Position numbers and translations under genes: made by a program | Part shown: positions 11,328 through 23,529 of the stretch, in pieces | How positions within the stretch are numbered: the first letter of the stretch is position 1 | Layout: each line of letters starts with the position of its first letter | Notes under the pieces: model-generated | The model's input: the letters and a program-made list of their open reading frames with translations, nothing else | Database searches by the model: none | What the model was told of the DNA's origin: nothing | Assembly (NCBI GenBank): GCA_002633005.1 | Contig: NMRA01000495.1 | Coordinates: 283,411-324,567 of the forward strand | Source: Phoronis australis | Taxonomy: Eukaryota > Animalia > Phoronida | Length of the DNA: 41,157 bases | Reading direction: 5' to 3'

Positions 11328-12711
11328 AGGAGAATGCCATCCAGAAAACAACCTATTTTGTATCAATTTAGATCGAGTAGTTCCAGTCGATAACAGCAAT
11401 TTCAATTGCTTTACCTGACACCTGACGACAGACGGAGATGTTGAAATTAACCCATGACGTAATAGGTTCGAACGCAGTCTGTTCAGCCGTTCACAACACG
11501 CTAACAGGTGTCAACTTATCGCTTGAATGCATCGTTTCACACCATTAAATCATCAAATTTCGATATAAAACCCTTACAAATACATCGAGTTTTTGAACAA
11601 ACGTGTTGTTTTATTTACCTGTTACGGATTTATAAGTATTTGAACGTACGGTGGCCTAGAGTTGGTCAAGGAGTGTAGACTCTTCTCAGTAGGTTCCGTA
11701 GGCCAATTTATCATGGTCGATCGCGGAAGTTTGGGTCTGTTTGGCGATAAATTCGAATCATTCTTCCGTGAAACATAGACATGAAAGATATCTGTGTTTT
11801 GTACTTTTAGACTTGCGATTTTTTTCAGTTCTAAACACACGAAACGCTTGTTATCCCTGATAGTGCCTCGGAACCCGATCAGGTCCGTCGCGGCCACCGG
11901 GACCGGAAATCACGAACACAAACCAGCTTAAGTTGGAAACTAAACCTCCAGTCACGAAAAGACTATACGAGTGAGCCAAAGAAATAATGTGTACGTAATT
12001 ATTTTAGTGAATTAGTCACGAAATTTCAAATCTACTTGTCAGGGGCCGCCGCGAAGTCAAGTTGCCCTTTTAAGGACCGTCAGGACAAAAGTTGTACAGT
12101 AGTAATGATGTGAATAATGTATTTGTATATCTAAATAAAGATTCCCCTAACATGTGACCATAGCATGTAAAATCGAGTTAGTATTTCACAACAGCTTTCT
12201 GTCAGCAAACACTGATTTAGCATGCGATCACACGGCCTCGGTGCCCGTCAATTACCTATATAGCATCTGAAGCCGGTAACGCAGTGATTTATTCATGGCT
12301 GGCTTCTCAAAACATTTGCACCCACGAATACTCCAAAGGCATTACAAATTGTATCTCACTGCCGTCCACAGACACGGAGATGTTTCACGGCCTCATATTT
12401 GCTATTAACAGCGTAGTTTTCATTCTTCACTACCGCGAGCCACTTCCTAAGCATTTCGAACTCTCGAGAAAGTCGAAAAAACGATAAACCCGCTTTCCTC
12501 GCAGCTGCATAGTTCGGACAAGCGGAAACGATGCACCGCAATACAGCGGCATTCAAACTGCAAATGAACCTCTGACGTCGCTGCGTCGTTTCTCACCTTC
12601 CTCACGGGTTAACGCGACCCTGTCGGCAAGGTAAGGTCGACCGTTTGCGAGGCGATGTGGATATAGACCGATTAAGACGGTAAAAAAGACTAATTAAATC
12701 GGTGGCATTCT
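11328..12711 (-). mobile_element. Kolobok-type non-autonomous element (family K1) with a degenerate THAP domain
   Basis: TTAA flanks at 11324-11327 and 12712-12715; TIR aggagaatgcca ... tggcattct. ORF 12356-12556 reads CIVSACPN...LSFFRL...RKWL...LRVCGRQ, a THAP zinc-finger pattern with the final His lost. Confidence 0.72.
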
Positions 12712-13179
12712 TTAACATGAATACACGTCAACATCTATCATTTTATAACGGATAAATCAAGTTCACATGTGCAATATTTAAACAAAATTACTTATCGGTT
12801 TTACTAAATTGTACCACATTTAGGCGCATGCTCCTATTTGCGAATATTGGCGCAGTTCCACCATTCTGCAGCAGTAGGACGTTTAAAAACAGATGTCTGT
12901 CATTTTGCCTTGTCGCTTTTGGCACTTAGCAACAGTAACTTTGGTGGACGGGGCTTGGCTGCGATTGTTAGAACTACCCATTCAATTCCCAAATGGAGCT
13001 CCCAAAACAGCTGTGTCTTACTCCTGCGCAAACTTATTAACACGATTGCCAAGAGATTCCTCTCCCGTGGCGAGTGTACATGTATATACATCAAGATGGT
13101 GCAGACCGACGACCATGCGTGCACAGAGAAACTTAAATCACATGTAGTTTAGTTTCTACATATGAATCTAAAAACTTAC

Positions 13180-13406
13180 AGAGGTTGTAAAGTTGGATGA
13201 TTGTGAGATGAAATGTCCTGTTATATCACGATCTCCAATTAACACTATAAGTTGTGGCACCGGGATGCTCCCTTCGACGTGACAAGTCAGCTGTTGTCCA
13301 CTGTTTTGTGAAAGGATTTCATAATCCACTGAATTGTTTCGCCCACGAAATTTCTGTTGGGGTTTGCCTGATTTTGTTAGTCCCACGTACATCGATTGTA
13401 CGGGCC
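13180..13406 (-). CDS. Ig gene exon C: first half of Ig domain 2 (C2/CD80-like)
   Basis: Acceptor atgttcttgtag and donor TCT|gtaagt; 227 nt, phase 1 to 0. GPVQSMYVGL...SGQQLTCHVEGSIPVPQLIVLIGDRDITGHF...; the C-x-x-x-G-S-x-P-x-P B-strand motif is typical of C2-set domains. Confidence 0.88.
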
Positions 13407-13539
13407 CTACAAGAACATAAATGGTGAAAATTAGAAATTAGGGGTTGTGAGGAGGTTGTTACCGCTACGAGGTCATCAGAAGTACAGGGTAACAGTAGAA
13501 GAAGTAGTCTAACGCAAGCAGCACCAATTGTCACGCTGT

Positions 13540-13820
13540 GGCAGTATAATTGCAGTGATGCAATTGCAGCAGTGCTGTAACAGAAGCAACAGAATCAACA
13601 AAATCACAACAGAATCAGCGTCACTAGAATGAGCAGCAGCAGCAGCAACAGCAGCATAACAGTTACAGAATCAGCAACAGCAACAGCAGCAGAATCAGCA
13701 GGAGAAAAAGCAGCGGTAGCAACAGAATCAGCAGCAGCAGGAGCACCAGCTTTACAGAAGCAGTAGCTTTACAGAAGGAGGAGGAGCAGCAGCAGCGGTG
13801 GCGGCCGCAGCAGCAGAAAA
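13540..13820. repeat. Degenerate CAG/CAA microsatellite with interspersed acagaatcagca units
   Basis: Runs such as gcagcagcagcagcaacagcagc and repeated acagaatcagca; intronic between Ig exons B and C. Confidence 0.85.
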
Positions 13821-14007
13821 AATGCTTCATCGTGAATGTGCGAGCAACATCAACCGCAAAATACATGCAGTTACAACACGACTTAGTTTCGATAACAGGC
13901 ACGTAGACACTCAGCTTAGGTTATTAAACTCATTTCTTAGATCTAGTAACTAAATAAACGCTGAGGTTGACTCATAGTGAAATACATCAAATAAACACAG
14001 ACAAGTC

Positions 14008-14087
14008 AGGAGCCCCAATTGGTAATTGAACCACATGTCCCAAGACTGCGGGTCATGTGCTCTTACCACTGAACTACTAAGGACCCC
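14008..14087 (-). pseudogene. tRNA-derived pseudogene or SINE head (Cys-like)
   Basis: Minus strand gggtccttagtagttcagtggtaagagca...ccgcag...ggttcaattacc has A-box and B-box-like motifs at tRNA spacing. The stems are imperfect, so it is not a functional tRNA. Confidence 0.5.
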
Positions 14088-14263
14088 ATATCTGTGCAAT
14101 TACTGTTTGCAGCTAACTGTTATGTCATACATCCCATGAGCGGCGTTTCGCCTTTTTCAGAGGAGATTTGGATAATTCAATCGATAATAAAATTGTTTCT
14201 GATCAGTTGCATGTCCCTGGATTTCTTGATACAACTGTTAATAAAACCATGCAAAGGTTTTAC

Positions 14264-14350
14264 CGTAGACATGTAGAAACCGGGTAATGACGACTGTTGC
14301 TTGACCGTCGACCTTACAGCTGTAACCTCCCCTGTCTTCTGCTTGAACAC
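14264..14350 (-). CDS. Ig gene exon B: F-G strands of Ig domain 1
   Basis: Acceptor ttgtttgctcgcag and donor TACG|gtaaaa; 87 nt, phase 1 to 1. Joined to exon A it reads GVQAEDRGGYSCKVDGQATVVITRFLHVY, containing the canonical DxGxYxC motif. Not in the ORF track in this frame. Confidence 0.9.
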
Positions 14351-14430
14351 CTGCGAGCAAACAATGAAATAGGTAAAGTCTATAAACACATTTAACTGCG
14401 TGCAGACGAAGTAAACCTACGCAGTATTAA

Positions 14431-14703
14431 GGTTATTTCAAACCTTATTTAGTGGCCTCTATTCTAACTCGTATATCTAAAAAACTAAGCTTTGTCAACT
14501 AGTAAAAGTATATATTTTCTGAAAGAACAAAGACCACGAAATATAAATATACTTTTTGTATTTATTTGTCATTATTGTTTTTACGTAAAAACCTTTATAT
14601 TTCGTATTTGAAATTCCCCGAGAATGAAGATAAGGTATTTTGCTAGACACAAGTGAAATATTGTAAAAATGGCCAATTTTTGTGAATAAGGTTGGAAATA
14701 TCC
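14431..14703. mobile_element. Kolobok-type MITE
   Basis: TTAA|ggttatttcaaaccttatt ... aataaggttggaaatatcc|TTAA: a 19-bp imperfect TIR with GG..CC termini and TTAA on both sides. Confidence 0.75.
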
Positions 14704-16728
14704 TTAATTGAATGTCAAATAACGGAAAACACGAAATGAAGGGAACTGTATTGCCGGTTGATATTCTGTTATTCGAGTTGATGCGTCAATAGACACCTTA
14801 ATCCTAAATATCTTGATCGTCAAGAGAAAAAATCTTCAACAATCAGCATTCGTTGATTTCAATAACACAGTTCCATAATATTAGCATTTTCCAAAAAATA
14901 GTAAGTCTGGCATCAAACAAACAAAATTGCTTCTGTCCAGAAAACGTACCTGGGGATTTAGTGAAGATGATAATTCATGCTGTTACAAAAAGAGTTCCTT
15001 TATTTGTATTAAAGGCCTCTGGCCCAAAATACAATTAACAAAAATTAAACAGGCACATTCGCACACGCAGCCAACCCATTTTAGTGTTGTTCTCTTCTTT
15101 TAAGGGCAGAATATACATATTTAACAACAGATATATCTGGATTAGCTGGCAGGGGTATACAGGATTCTTGAGTTGGGTGCTTCCATTGAACTTCCTTCAT
15201 AAATCGTAAAAAGGTATTGTATTTGTGTCCATTTAGTAACCATTTAAAGGGTGTGCAAGAGTTGAATAGTCCGGAAAAGGTTTACATGTATTTACATTGT
15301 TCACAAAAGAGCTCGGTTCCAATCACTGGCAATCTTGATTCTTGAATCTAACCAAAGACTCATTCTTAACTAGGGACAATGCACGAGGCACGGGTCCAGC
15401 GACCAACGGCGGTTTTAAATTTAAGAAGACTGAATGAGACATCGAGAAGGGTAGCTTACTAACAACATACAGTTTCAGCCCGGTGGTGCGAGTAGTTCCG
15501 ATGGGTGAGGTTGAAGCGCAGCGGCCCTAAACTTTCTGTCGCGCTGTGAGATCTTGAAATGAGATTGGCGAGAAAATGTTTAGATTATGCTCTTACCCGC
15601 AGCGTAAATACTCACAAATTGCAGATCGCAAAATTGAGTTCCTTCATGCAGGTGCAACATTACTGTTCTTCACGACCGCCGTTGAAAAGCTCTAGAGCGC
15701 AAGGCAAGTTTCTGACGTGAAAGTTGAACGCTCTCTAACTGAAACGTGCATTCGAGTAGTTAAGTTTGGATTGTGGAAAGGGAGAAAATGCCCGTTGAAA
15801 AAGCATCCGCGATTTTGCTAGGTCTGACCTGCTACTGGCTGTCATCAAAGTCGTTAAAGATCCAAAATAACTTGGAGTGCAAATTCCCTCCACTTTTTGC
15901 AACTTAACTCGACGTTTGAAAAACATCTGTCGAAAAAATCCATGAAACGATGCCCTAACCGAATGACGTATTTGGATGTGCGGGAACAATTCAGTGCAAA
16001 TTTCACAACAAAAATGTGATACTTATGTTGTTTACGTACTCAACAATTAGTTTCCCACAAAATGAATAGCCTCGAAATAATTCCAAACTCCGTGTGGGTT
16101 TCCATCGGGTAATTCGAGTTTGCTCCTCAATACCTTCAAAGTACGAGAAAAATAGGTCAGTCACAAAACGACACGCATATCACTAGTGTTAACTTTCTTT
16201 CGGACGTGTGAAACAAAGCCGGAATTTGTTTTTTATTGAGAAAAGACGTTTTTCGAAAACTGAATTTGTTGTGCAAAATGAGAGTGACACACTATATAGG
16301 CTGCGTGCCAATCTTAAACCACGCACGGTCGTTTGTAGTGCGCAGTGATGGGCGCTATCCTGAACTGTGGGCCCTTAATTGGAAATTCTCAAAAGTTAAG
16401 GGGGAACACTTAGTAGATCAGTGAGCGCTTATTATGAAGCACTTCAAAGGTAGGGAGTAGGCTTGTGCGTGAGCATAGTCGTTAACCTGAGTGTTTGCTG
16501 TAATAAGATATTAAAAGACTGCAATGGTAAGAAGCATTATTATAATAGGATTTTGCGAGGCAATCCATTTAGTAGGGGTGACTTTCTGGATACCGTTTCT
16601 ACCTACACTGTACAATTTTTACCCACCCGGAATAATTTTGTTTTTAATTGCCCACTTCAGCCAGTACAAGCTTGATTCTATTGGAGTCTGAACATTTTAC
16701 GGCCGTGGGGTGGGGGGGGGGGGGTGTA

Positions 16729-16783
16729 NNNNNNNNNNNNNNNNNNNNNNNNNNNNNNNNNNNNNNNNNNNNNNNNNNNNNNN
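16729..16783. other. Assembly gap (55 N); single Ns also at 4166, 7725, 22522, 25655 and 29404
   Basis: Seen directly in the sequence. Confidence 0.98.
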
Positions 16784-17191
16784 AAACATCAGTTCTGGGT
16801 TATATCGGTCCCGGGGAATATCGTAAAGCATCGGGTCTTTTATAACCGCCGGGAATCTATGAGTTCATTTTCAAATAAACCACTGGCACGTACCGTACCC
16901 GGGTGCTTAACAGAGCCCAGCCGGTATAATCTTTCAGTTAGAACTGTCACTGTTCTCTTTTGATGTGCAACTTTGAAGTGGTGCACACGCGTGAGTTCAC
17001 GCACTTGAATCGTTGGAGTAGGCCTACACTTTATGTTGGCAACAACATGTGAAAGATTCATAATTCGCGCACATATAGCCCCAGAAACAAGTAAAGGGTT
17101 TGAGAATTTCTTGGCAACTGAAAGTAAAGACGTGGTCGTCGTTTGGAGATTAACAGAGTTGTCATTTTCACTTTGGCCGTTTTATGCGATA

Positions 17192-18926
17192 AACAAGAGC
17201 AACGCAGAGAGTTGAAATGCGCCCACGAATGGACCGCAAACGGTGTGTTTCTAGGGGTGTTTATTTGTATCATAAAAAGGTCACTAGATGGAGCAAAATA
17301 CGTTGAATCCATCCGAAAACGGAACTTGCCATCATTCTTAATAGAAAGCCACTTATTGAATTTCATAAATATCGGTAAAGGAACTTCAAAGAAACAGAGG
17401 ACAACGGAAAAAATGAATTTCCACTAGCGGGCACAGCGGTCGTCAGATACGTCTGAAAGTCGTCGTTGTGCGTTGTCAACTTTATATGAATACATTTGTT
17501 AAATTTAATTAAACATCCTGTAGTGTTTAGGAGATACAGTTATGGGTGCAAAAAATTGCCACCAAGAGGCACCACAGTACTGTCTCGAAGTCATCAGAAA
17601 ATCGTCAGCCCTCCTCTTCATATTAGGAATGTACATGCCAATTTCCACAATCATCCTTAGAGTGATTCGGTTGACAGAGGGGCAGATGCCGAAAAACAGA
17701 CTACAAAATAGTAAAAATTGCCACTAGGTGGCGCAAAATACCTCAATTTCAACCGAAAACCAGAGGATAGTGTCACCTCACTAATGCTTATTTGCTAAAT
17801 TTTATATGAAAATCCGTTGAGAACCTTTGACGATACAGAGGTAAACGTAAAAAACAATAAAATGCCACTAGAGGGCACACCGAGAATCCAATCCGTTCGA
17901 AAGTCGTCGTACTCTTCTTTCAACTTCATATAAATACACCAGCAAAATTCAATAAACATCCTGTAGAGCATTCATGAGATACAGCCCTGGGCGCAAAAAC
18001 AAACAAATCTGCCACTAGGGGTGCCATAGTAGTCGAACTCATCCGAAAATCATCGTCAGCTGCCCTTTTTACAGTTAGAATAAACACACCAATTTTCAAA
18101 ATCATCCCTAGAGCAGTTTGGTTGATAGAACGGCGGACGCCGAAAACAGAATCGTAAAACAGTAAAAATGGCGCAAAGTACCTCGAATCAGTCCGAAAAT
18201 GAGAGCATGTTATTATCTCACTAGCAGATGCCTAACTGCCCAATATTATGAAAATCCGTCGAGGATCTCCTAAGATACAGAGGTAAGCGTAAAAAATAAA
18301 ATTGCCACTAGGACAGGTCCGAAATTCGTCTTCATCTATTGTCAGCTTCATTGGAGCACATCTGCCAAATCTCATCAAAATCCTGTGAGGGGTTTGTGAG
18401 GAGATACAGCCATGGACGCAAAAACAAATAAAACTGCCACTAGGAGGGGTCATAGTAGTCGAAGCCGTCGGAAAATCATCGTCAGCCGCCCTCTTCACAG
18501 TAAGAACATATTCCAATTATCAAAATCATCCCTAAAGCGGTTTGGATGATAGAAGTGCGGACGCTAAAACACAGACTCAAAAACAGTAAATATGGCCACT
18601 AGGTGGCGCAAAACACCTTGAATCCATCCGAAAACGGGAGGATTGCGTCATCTGGCTAATGTAAGCATAACTGCCAAATTTTATGAAAATCCGTTGAGAA
18701 CTTCCGAAGATACAGAGGTAAGCGTAAAAACTAAAATTGCCACTAGGGGGCACACCTGTAGTTGGAGAGGTCCGAAATTTGTAGTCATCCGTCTTCAGCT
18801 TCATAGGAACATGTCTGACAAATCTCATCAAGATCTTGTAAGGGGTTTAGGAGATACAGCGACGGACGCCCAGACAGAGAGTGACGGCAATATGCGACTA
18901 CTTATAAACATGTGGGCGCATAAAAA
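17192..18926 (-). mobile_element. Helentron-associated non-autonomous element (HINE-like) with an internal higher-order tandem repeat
   Basis: Subterminal inverted repeats atgcgcccac (17217-17226) and gtgggcgcat (18912-18921). There is a short gacggacg/cagacaga microsatellite near one end, a caac..gttg hairpin plus aacaagag at the other, T/A-run flanks, and ~145-bp monomers in a ~440-bp trimer. Confidence 0.75.
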
Positions 18927-19749
18927 CGAGACGCACATCTCTAAGTCACGATTATCTTACGGGACCGCTTGCGCGCTAACAACGGGACCGACCAGTAACG
19001 CAGTGCGATATCTGGGACATTGTGGTGGATATTTGCTACATGTAATAAGGACATCTTACGCGAAAAATAAACATATTTATCCACCCACAAAGTTTGGTAA
19101 GTTGATCGCTTAAGAATTAGTAGAAGCACCGCTGTTTTGGGACGTTTTATCACGTGTTATGCAGTGGCCCGAAACTTTCTTCGGCGAATCTGAAAATGTA
19201 CAAAAGTGGCCTAAAATGTTAGCCAATGAAACGCGTCAAAGGTCGATTCTGCATATCCCATGTTCACGCGACTTGCTTACAAGTTATGGGGAGGGCTGTT
19301 TTCGGTTAGTGTTCTTATGAACTTGGATTTGGCAACAACCCAAGAACGGTCGGATTAACACGAGTTGCTTTACAGGTATCTGCCAAGAAGTGTAAAAACT
19401 CAGCTTGTATACATCGGAAATTCCATGTCGCATTCTGCGACTTGATATGAGGTGACAAAAATCTCAGCTCGCATTTCCAAATTTTAGGTCCCAAATGCGA
19501 TCTGCAGGTCGTCATGTCGAGCCCTGTATACCCTAATTCAGTCGTGTTTGAAAATACATGTACATGTACCAGTGGCAGTAGGTCGGAAGACAGAAGTGAA
19601 CTCTCGTGACGGTATTCCACTGTAATCCACGGTTCAGAATCAAAAACACTGGCTGTGCATTGCATGCCCCAGCCTATACATCTGGTTATGTGATCAGTTG
19701 GGATGTCTGAAGAATCTGTCTCCATTTTCTGGCGAGTCAACATTTATGT

Positions 19750-21219
19750 ACAAGCATTGAATTTCTCCAACTCTTGGCACGGAATCTGTGTGTTCTGTGT
19801 TGGTGATATTCGGGACTCCTGGAATTTCTGAAGAGCCGGAACTTCTTTCTTCATTGGTTCTGGATTGGCGTTACTTGATCAGTCAATATTTGGAAGTGGG
19901 ATGTTGAATGTTCTGGCTTTTACGATAGCATTCAGGACTGTGTCTACCAACATATGCCCCCTCACTGCTCTATCCACACTTTTTCCATTTAACATAAGGA
20001 TCACACTGTTTGATGCATACACCGTCTCACGAACTTCGTGAAGCCCTGTGCCTGACATTACGTATCCAATACATTCCAGAAAGCTCATCTCAGTATGAAA
20101 TCTGCCAAGCCTGGCTAACTACAAGTGACTGCAGATCACTGTCGTTTGGTTTGCTGCCACTAATTTCCTCTAAAATCAGTTACCTATGTTCTAAAAAAGC
20201 ATGCATATTAAACAAATGGTGAGTACTAAATGTTAAAATTTAATTATTACCTTTTGTTACACAATTTTATTTGCTTTACATCAAATTCAGGTGAACTCAG
20301 CAGCCAAATTCTCAACACATGCCAGCAGCAGACGAAATCATTGCTTGGGAACAACTAGTAATATCTCCAACAGCAGACAAAAAAGCCACTTCCTGCCCAA
20401 TTTTATTCAGGGTTGTGTAATGAATAAGCCAATAACTCCACCAGAATTACATATTTTTCTAACACATATTATTTTTGATACCACATATGAATGTATTTTA
20501 CAGAAAAATAATGGAGTGAGTGAAATTTATTATGAAAATTCAACTAAAGCTTTTTCAGAAAAACACCAACTTTTATGTTATATAATCTAAAATGTGACTA
20601 AAATTCTAAAGTTAGTATCTAAATCTTTAAAACAAATTCTAGAAACAATCAACTCATTAACCCTGACTGTAGACTGTAAAATGTTTTTGTGTAAACGACT
20701 ATCAGGTCAAAAACTAAGTTTGCAGAACGTAAATGCGGTAAATTGGGGTTTTGCGAATTGGCGGCCATCTTGGCAGTTATTTTGTCAGACAGTTATAAGG
20801 TCTGGATATTTTCAATTGTCTAACTTAAAAAAAGAATACAAATTTTGCCATTTTCGGGACAAAATATAAAAAAGAAATCTTGCAACATTTACCAAATTGC
20901 CGTTTTGGGCGCCATTTTGTCGGCCACATTGGTTTTATTTTATGGAAAATTGGCATCTTTTGATTGGTATGCCTATTATGAAAAGTATAAGATCAATGTC
21001 AAACTTAATTGTTTTATTTCCAGCTGTTACATATGAGTAACATGCCAGAAAGCAGTAAACACCGGCTTTGGCGGCCCTTTTTCCGCCATCTTGAAAAACC
21101 GATTTGAGCCACTACGATTTCGGTAGACTTTTTTGTGGAACTAAGGGATGTTTGAAGATATCATTTACGCAAAAAACCTTGTGTTGCATTTTTTCCAGGT
21201 TGGGCCCTCTGTAGCCCTA
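19750..21219 (-). mobile_element. Academ-type DNA transposon remnant (one terminus plus transposase fragment)
   Basis: Minus strand 19879-20110 reads ...FHTEMSFLECIGYVMSGTGLHEVRETVYASNSVILMLNGKSVDRAVRGHMLVD, matching the conserved GFH..MSFLG.IG..M.GSGL..RA.RGH block. Terminus TAGGGCTACAGAGGGCCCAACCTGG at 21219. Confidence 0.68.
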
Positions 21220-21230
21220 GAATAACTGGA

Positions 21231-23340
21231 CTATCCATGTAATTCTGCTACTCGGCCATTCTCCAACTCTAGGCGAGTATGCAATTGCGATGTTGATTGC
21301 CTAACGCTACAACGACTGTCATACACACAATTACCTGCAACATTACAAACAACATAAAAATGATCAGACTTGTCAAATGTGTCTGCACTAAAATCTGAAA
21401 TGTGTTGAAATAGACTTGCTGACACGATAAAATAGTCTACAGTACTACACCCACCTGACGAGTGACATGTAAACTCGCCATATTCATCATTCTGACTCAT
21501 AGGTGGATTTAGGGGACGGGCTCAGGGGGCCTGGGCCCCCCACCCCTTGGCTGCCACAAAAAATAAAACAGCAAGAGCGTAGGGAAATGTTGAGTTTATT
21601 AATTAACCCCGGTTATTAAAATTATACGGATGAAGCAAGATTTAAATGTGTGCAATTTTGGTGTTTGGGGGGACTCAAATCCAATTTCAAGTGTCAAATT
21701 CGGTACAAGGCGCAATCGTAACGGAACTATGGCAAAGCATAGGCTCTCCCGCGATATCCGAGGCGACCGGCAGTGGCGCTGCGCACTACGACTCCGTTTC
21801 CGTCGTCTGCTCCACTGTGCAATGAAGAAAATTTACTTAATTTTTTAAAGAAAATGGAACCTGAGTGACTATGAAAAAACAGAAGCTGCTGGTAAGATTT
21901 GAATTTTAATCGAAGCCTTAGTGAATAACTCAGAAACTCATGATTCTCTCTTTTTCAAACCTTAACTTAAGACGATTTCCAAAGCAATCCCGCCATTATT
22001 GCCAACACGAAAAACGGATTTGGTCTTTTGGGAACTTGAAGACTATTTTTTATCGTAATCTATTTTGCCCGGGGTACGCCACGCGCTAAATACAACAAAT
22101 TTGTTACGAACCGATTGCACAAAATATAAAACGTGTAATAAGCGTTACAGAAGTAGATTTCGCGCGCAAACGCTGTGGACCATAAACAAGTAGGTCTCTG
22201 AGTATCAAAGTAGGAGTTAAATCGTGGTGGTGTATTGGTAAAGCACGCGCGCTCTATTCGCCAAGTGGCGAGTTCGGGTCTGTGTTATACGCAGCTTTTT
22301 CTGATTGACACGTTCTTCCTTTTTTTGCATTTTTTCTTGGATAATACTTCAGAAATAAAGGAAAATGCTTGATTTTTAGAGGAAAAAACATAAAATTTCC
22401 TAGGCAGGAGGGAGGCAAACTCCCCTCCCGACCTCCCCCCATTCGGTGCTATGAGCATCTACAATCGTGGTTTGCGCAAATGCTTACAGACACAATTTTG
22501 CCCCCCCCCCCTTGTGATATCNAAAGTTTTGCCAAAATTATTTACAGTTTCATTCTTAGACTGCCTGGGTGAGCAAAATGTGTTATTCAGTATCGTACCA
22601 ATCTTGACACGGTAAGAAGTCGACATCCAAAATATAGTCTTACAGGTTTCCTGCTCTAGCATTTAGGTCACCCATTACAACAAAATGACAATCACAAAAT
22701 TTCTGCGACAAATTCAACAACTCTTGGCCAAGATGGGTTACTCCATTTTTCCCTGCGGAGTTTCCATACACTGACGACCCTTCTGGGTTACATAAATAAA
22801 GCAAATAATAACATCGTTGTCCGTCTTAAACAACCTTTTGTCGCCCGTGAATACGATCAAACTTCAACCGTCTAAAATATTTGTCTAAATCATATTTGAT
22901 AAATACACTCACCCCTCCGGAGTTTCTTCCAAATTTCCTTCTCTTTATGTTTTGCACATCAAAACTTACATAGCCTGATACACTAAACTGGTTTGGTTAA
23001 TTTGCCCATGCTTCACTGACTGCTGCTTCATGATACCTAGATACAAAGTCAAGAACCTCAGATTGTCCAATCTCTTTCGCGAGACCATGTGCGTTCAAGC
23101 TCATCAAGGATATGCCGTTTGTATACAGAGGTGGGCCTTGGCCCCTATCTTATCTGTTGCAGTTAAACACTCTCTTGTTGTCGTCGTCGTACATAATATA
23201 AGTTTTCCTATCGTGAATGTGTTTGTAGTATCGTATGCTTGAATTTTCCATGTCGTTTTCATTCGAGAATTTATACAGTTCCTTTCTGGCATTGCACACT
23301 CTAACTGAGAAATCTTCGGTTATGTGGATGGCTGTGTTTT
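21231..23340 (-). mobile_element. Decayed non-LTR retrotransposon (LINE): ORF1 tail plus APE endonuclease, interrupted by an insertion and an N gap
   Basis: Minus strand: IHITEDFSVRVCNARKELY (ORF1-like, ~23270-23335), SLNAHGL...SEAW...GRNSGGVSVFIK (~22900-23110), VVMGDLNARAG (~22650-22685), RQSKNETVNNFGKT (~22523-22565), then EFTCHSSGGCSTVDYFIVS...SDH (21231-21500). Stops and frameshifts are present. Confidence 0.85.
21498..22521 (+). mobile_element. Non-autonomous DNA element inserted in the LINE; same family as 33424-35102
   Basis: Begins cataggtggatttagggg. The internal sequence (ggcgaccggcagt...gcactacgactccgtttcc...aaaacggatttggtcttt) aligns by eye with 33570-34335. It ends at the N at 22522. 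Confidence 0.75.
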
Positions 23341-23529
23341 GGATGTAAATTAAAACCCAACCTTTCCGAACTACTGCTCTTTATCTATTAACTCGAAACG
23401 TTGGGTTTTAATTTTCCCTAAATATAATTTCTGTATCGACGTATCGTTGCGTTTGTTATGCTTGTTGTCAATAACAGCATTTACTTGCTACCCAGTACAA
23501 ACTAAGAAAATCGTCACCTTCTCATTTAC

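Noticed and set aside
13663-13902. Poly-Leu ORF resembling a transmembrane or signal segment
   Set aside because: It is the translation of the CAG/CTG microsatellite; the same applies to the Leu run in ORF 31319-31624.
17281-18870. Regularly spaced GCCACTAG repeats as CRISPR-like, and the ORFs overlapping them
   Set aside because: The intervening sequences are themselves homologous with trimer periodicity, and the ORFs are incidental translations of the repeat.
19315-19743. 142-aa ORF next to the Academ fragment
   Set aside because: No recognisable domain or splice context; it cannot be supported.
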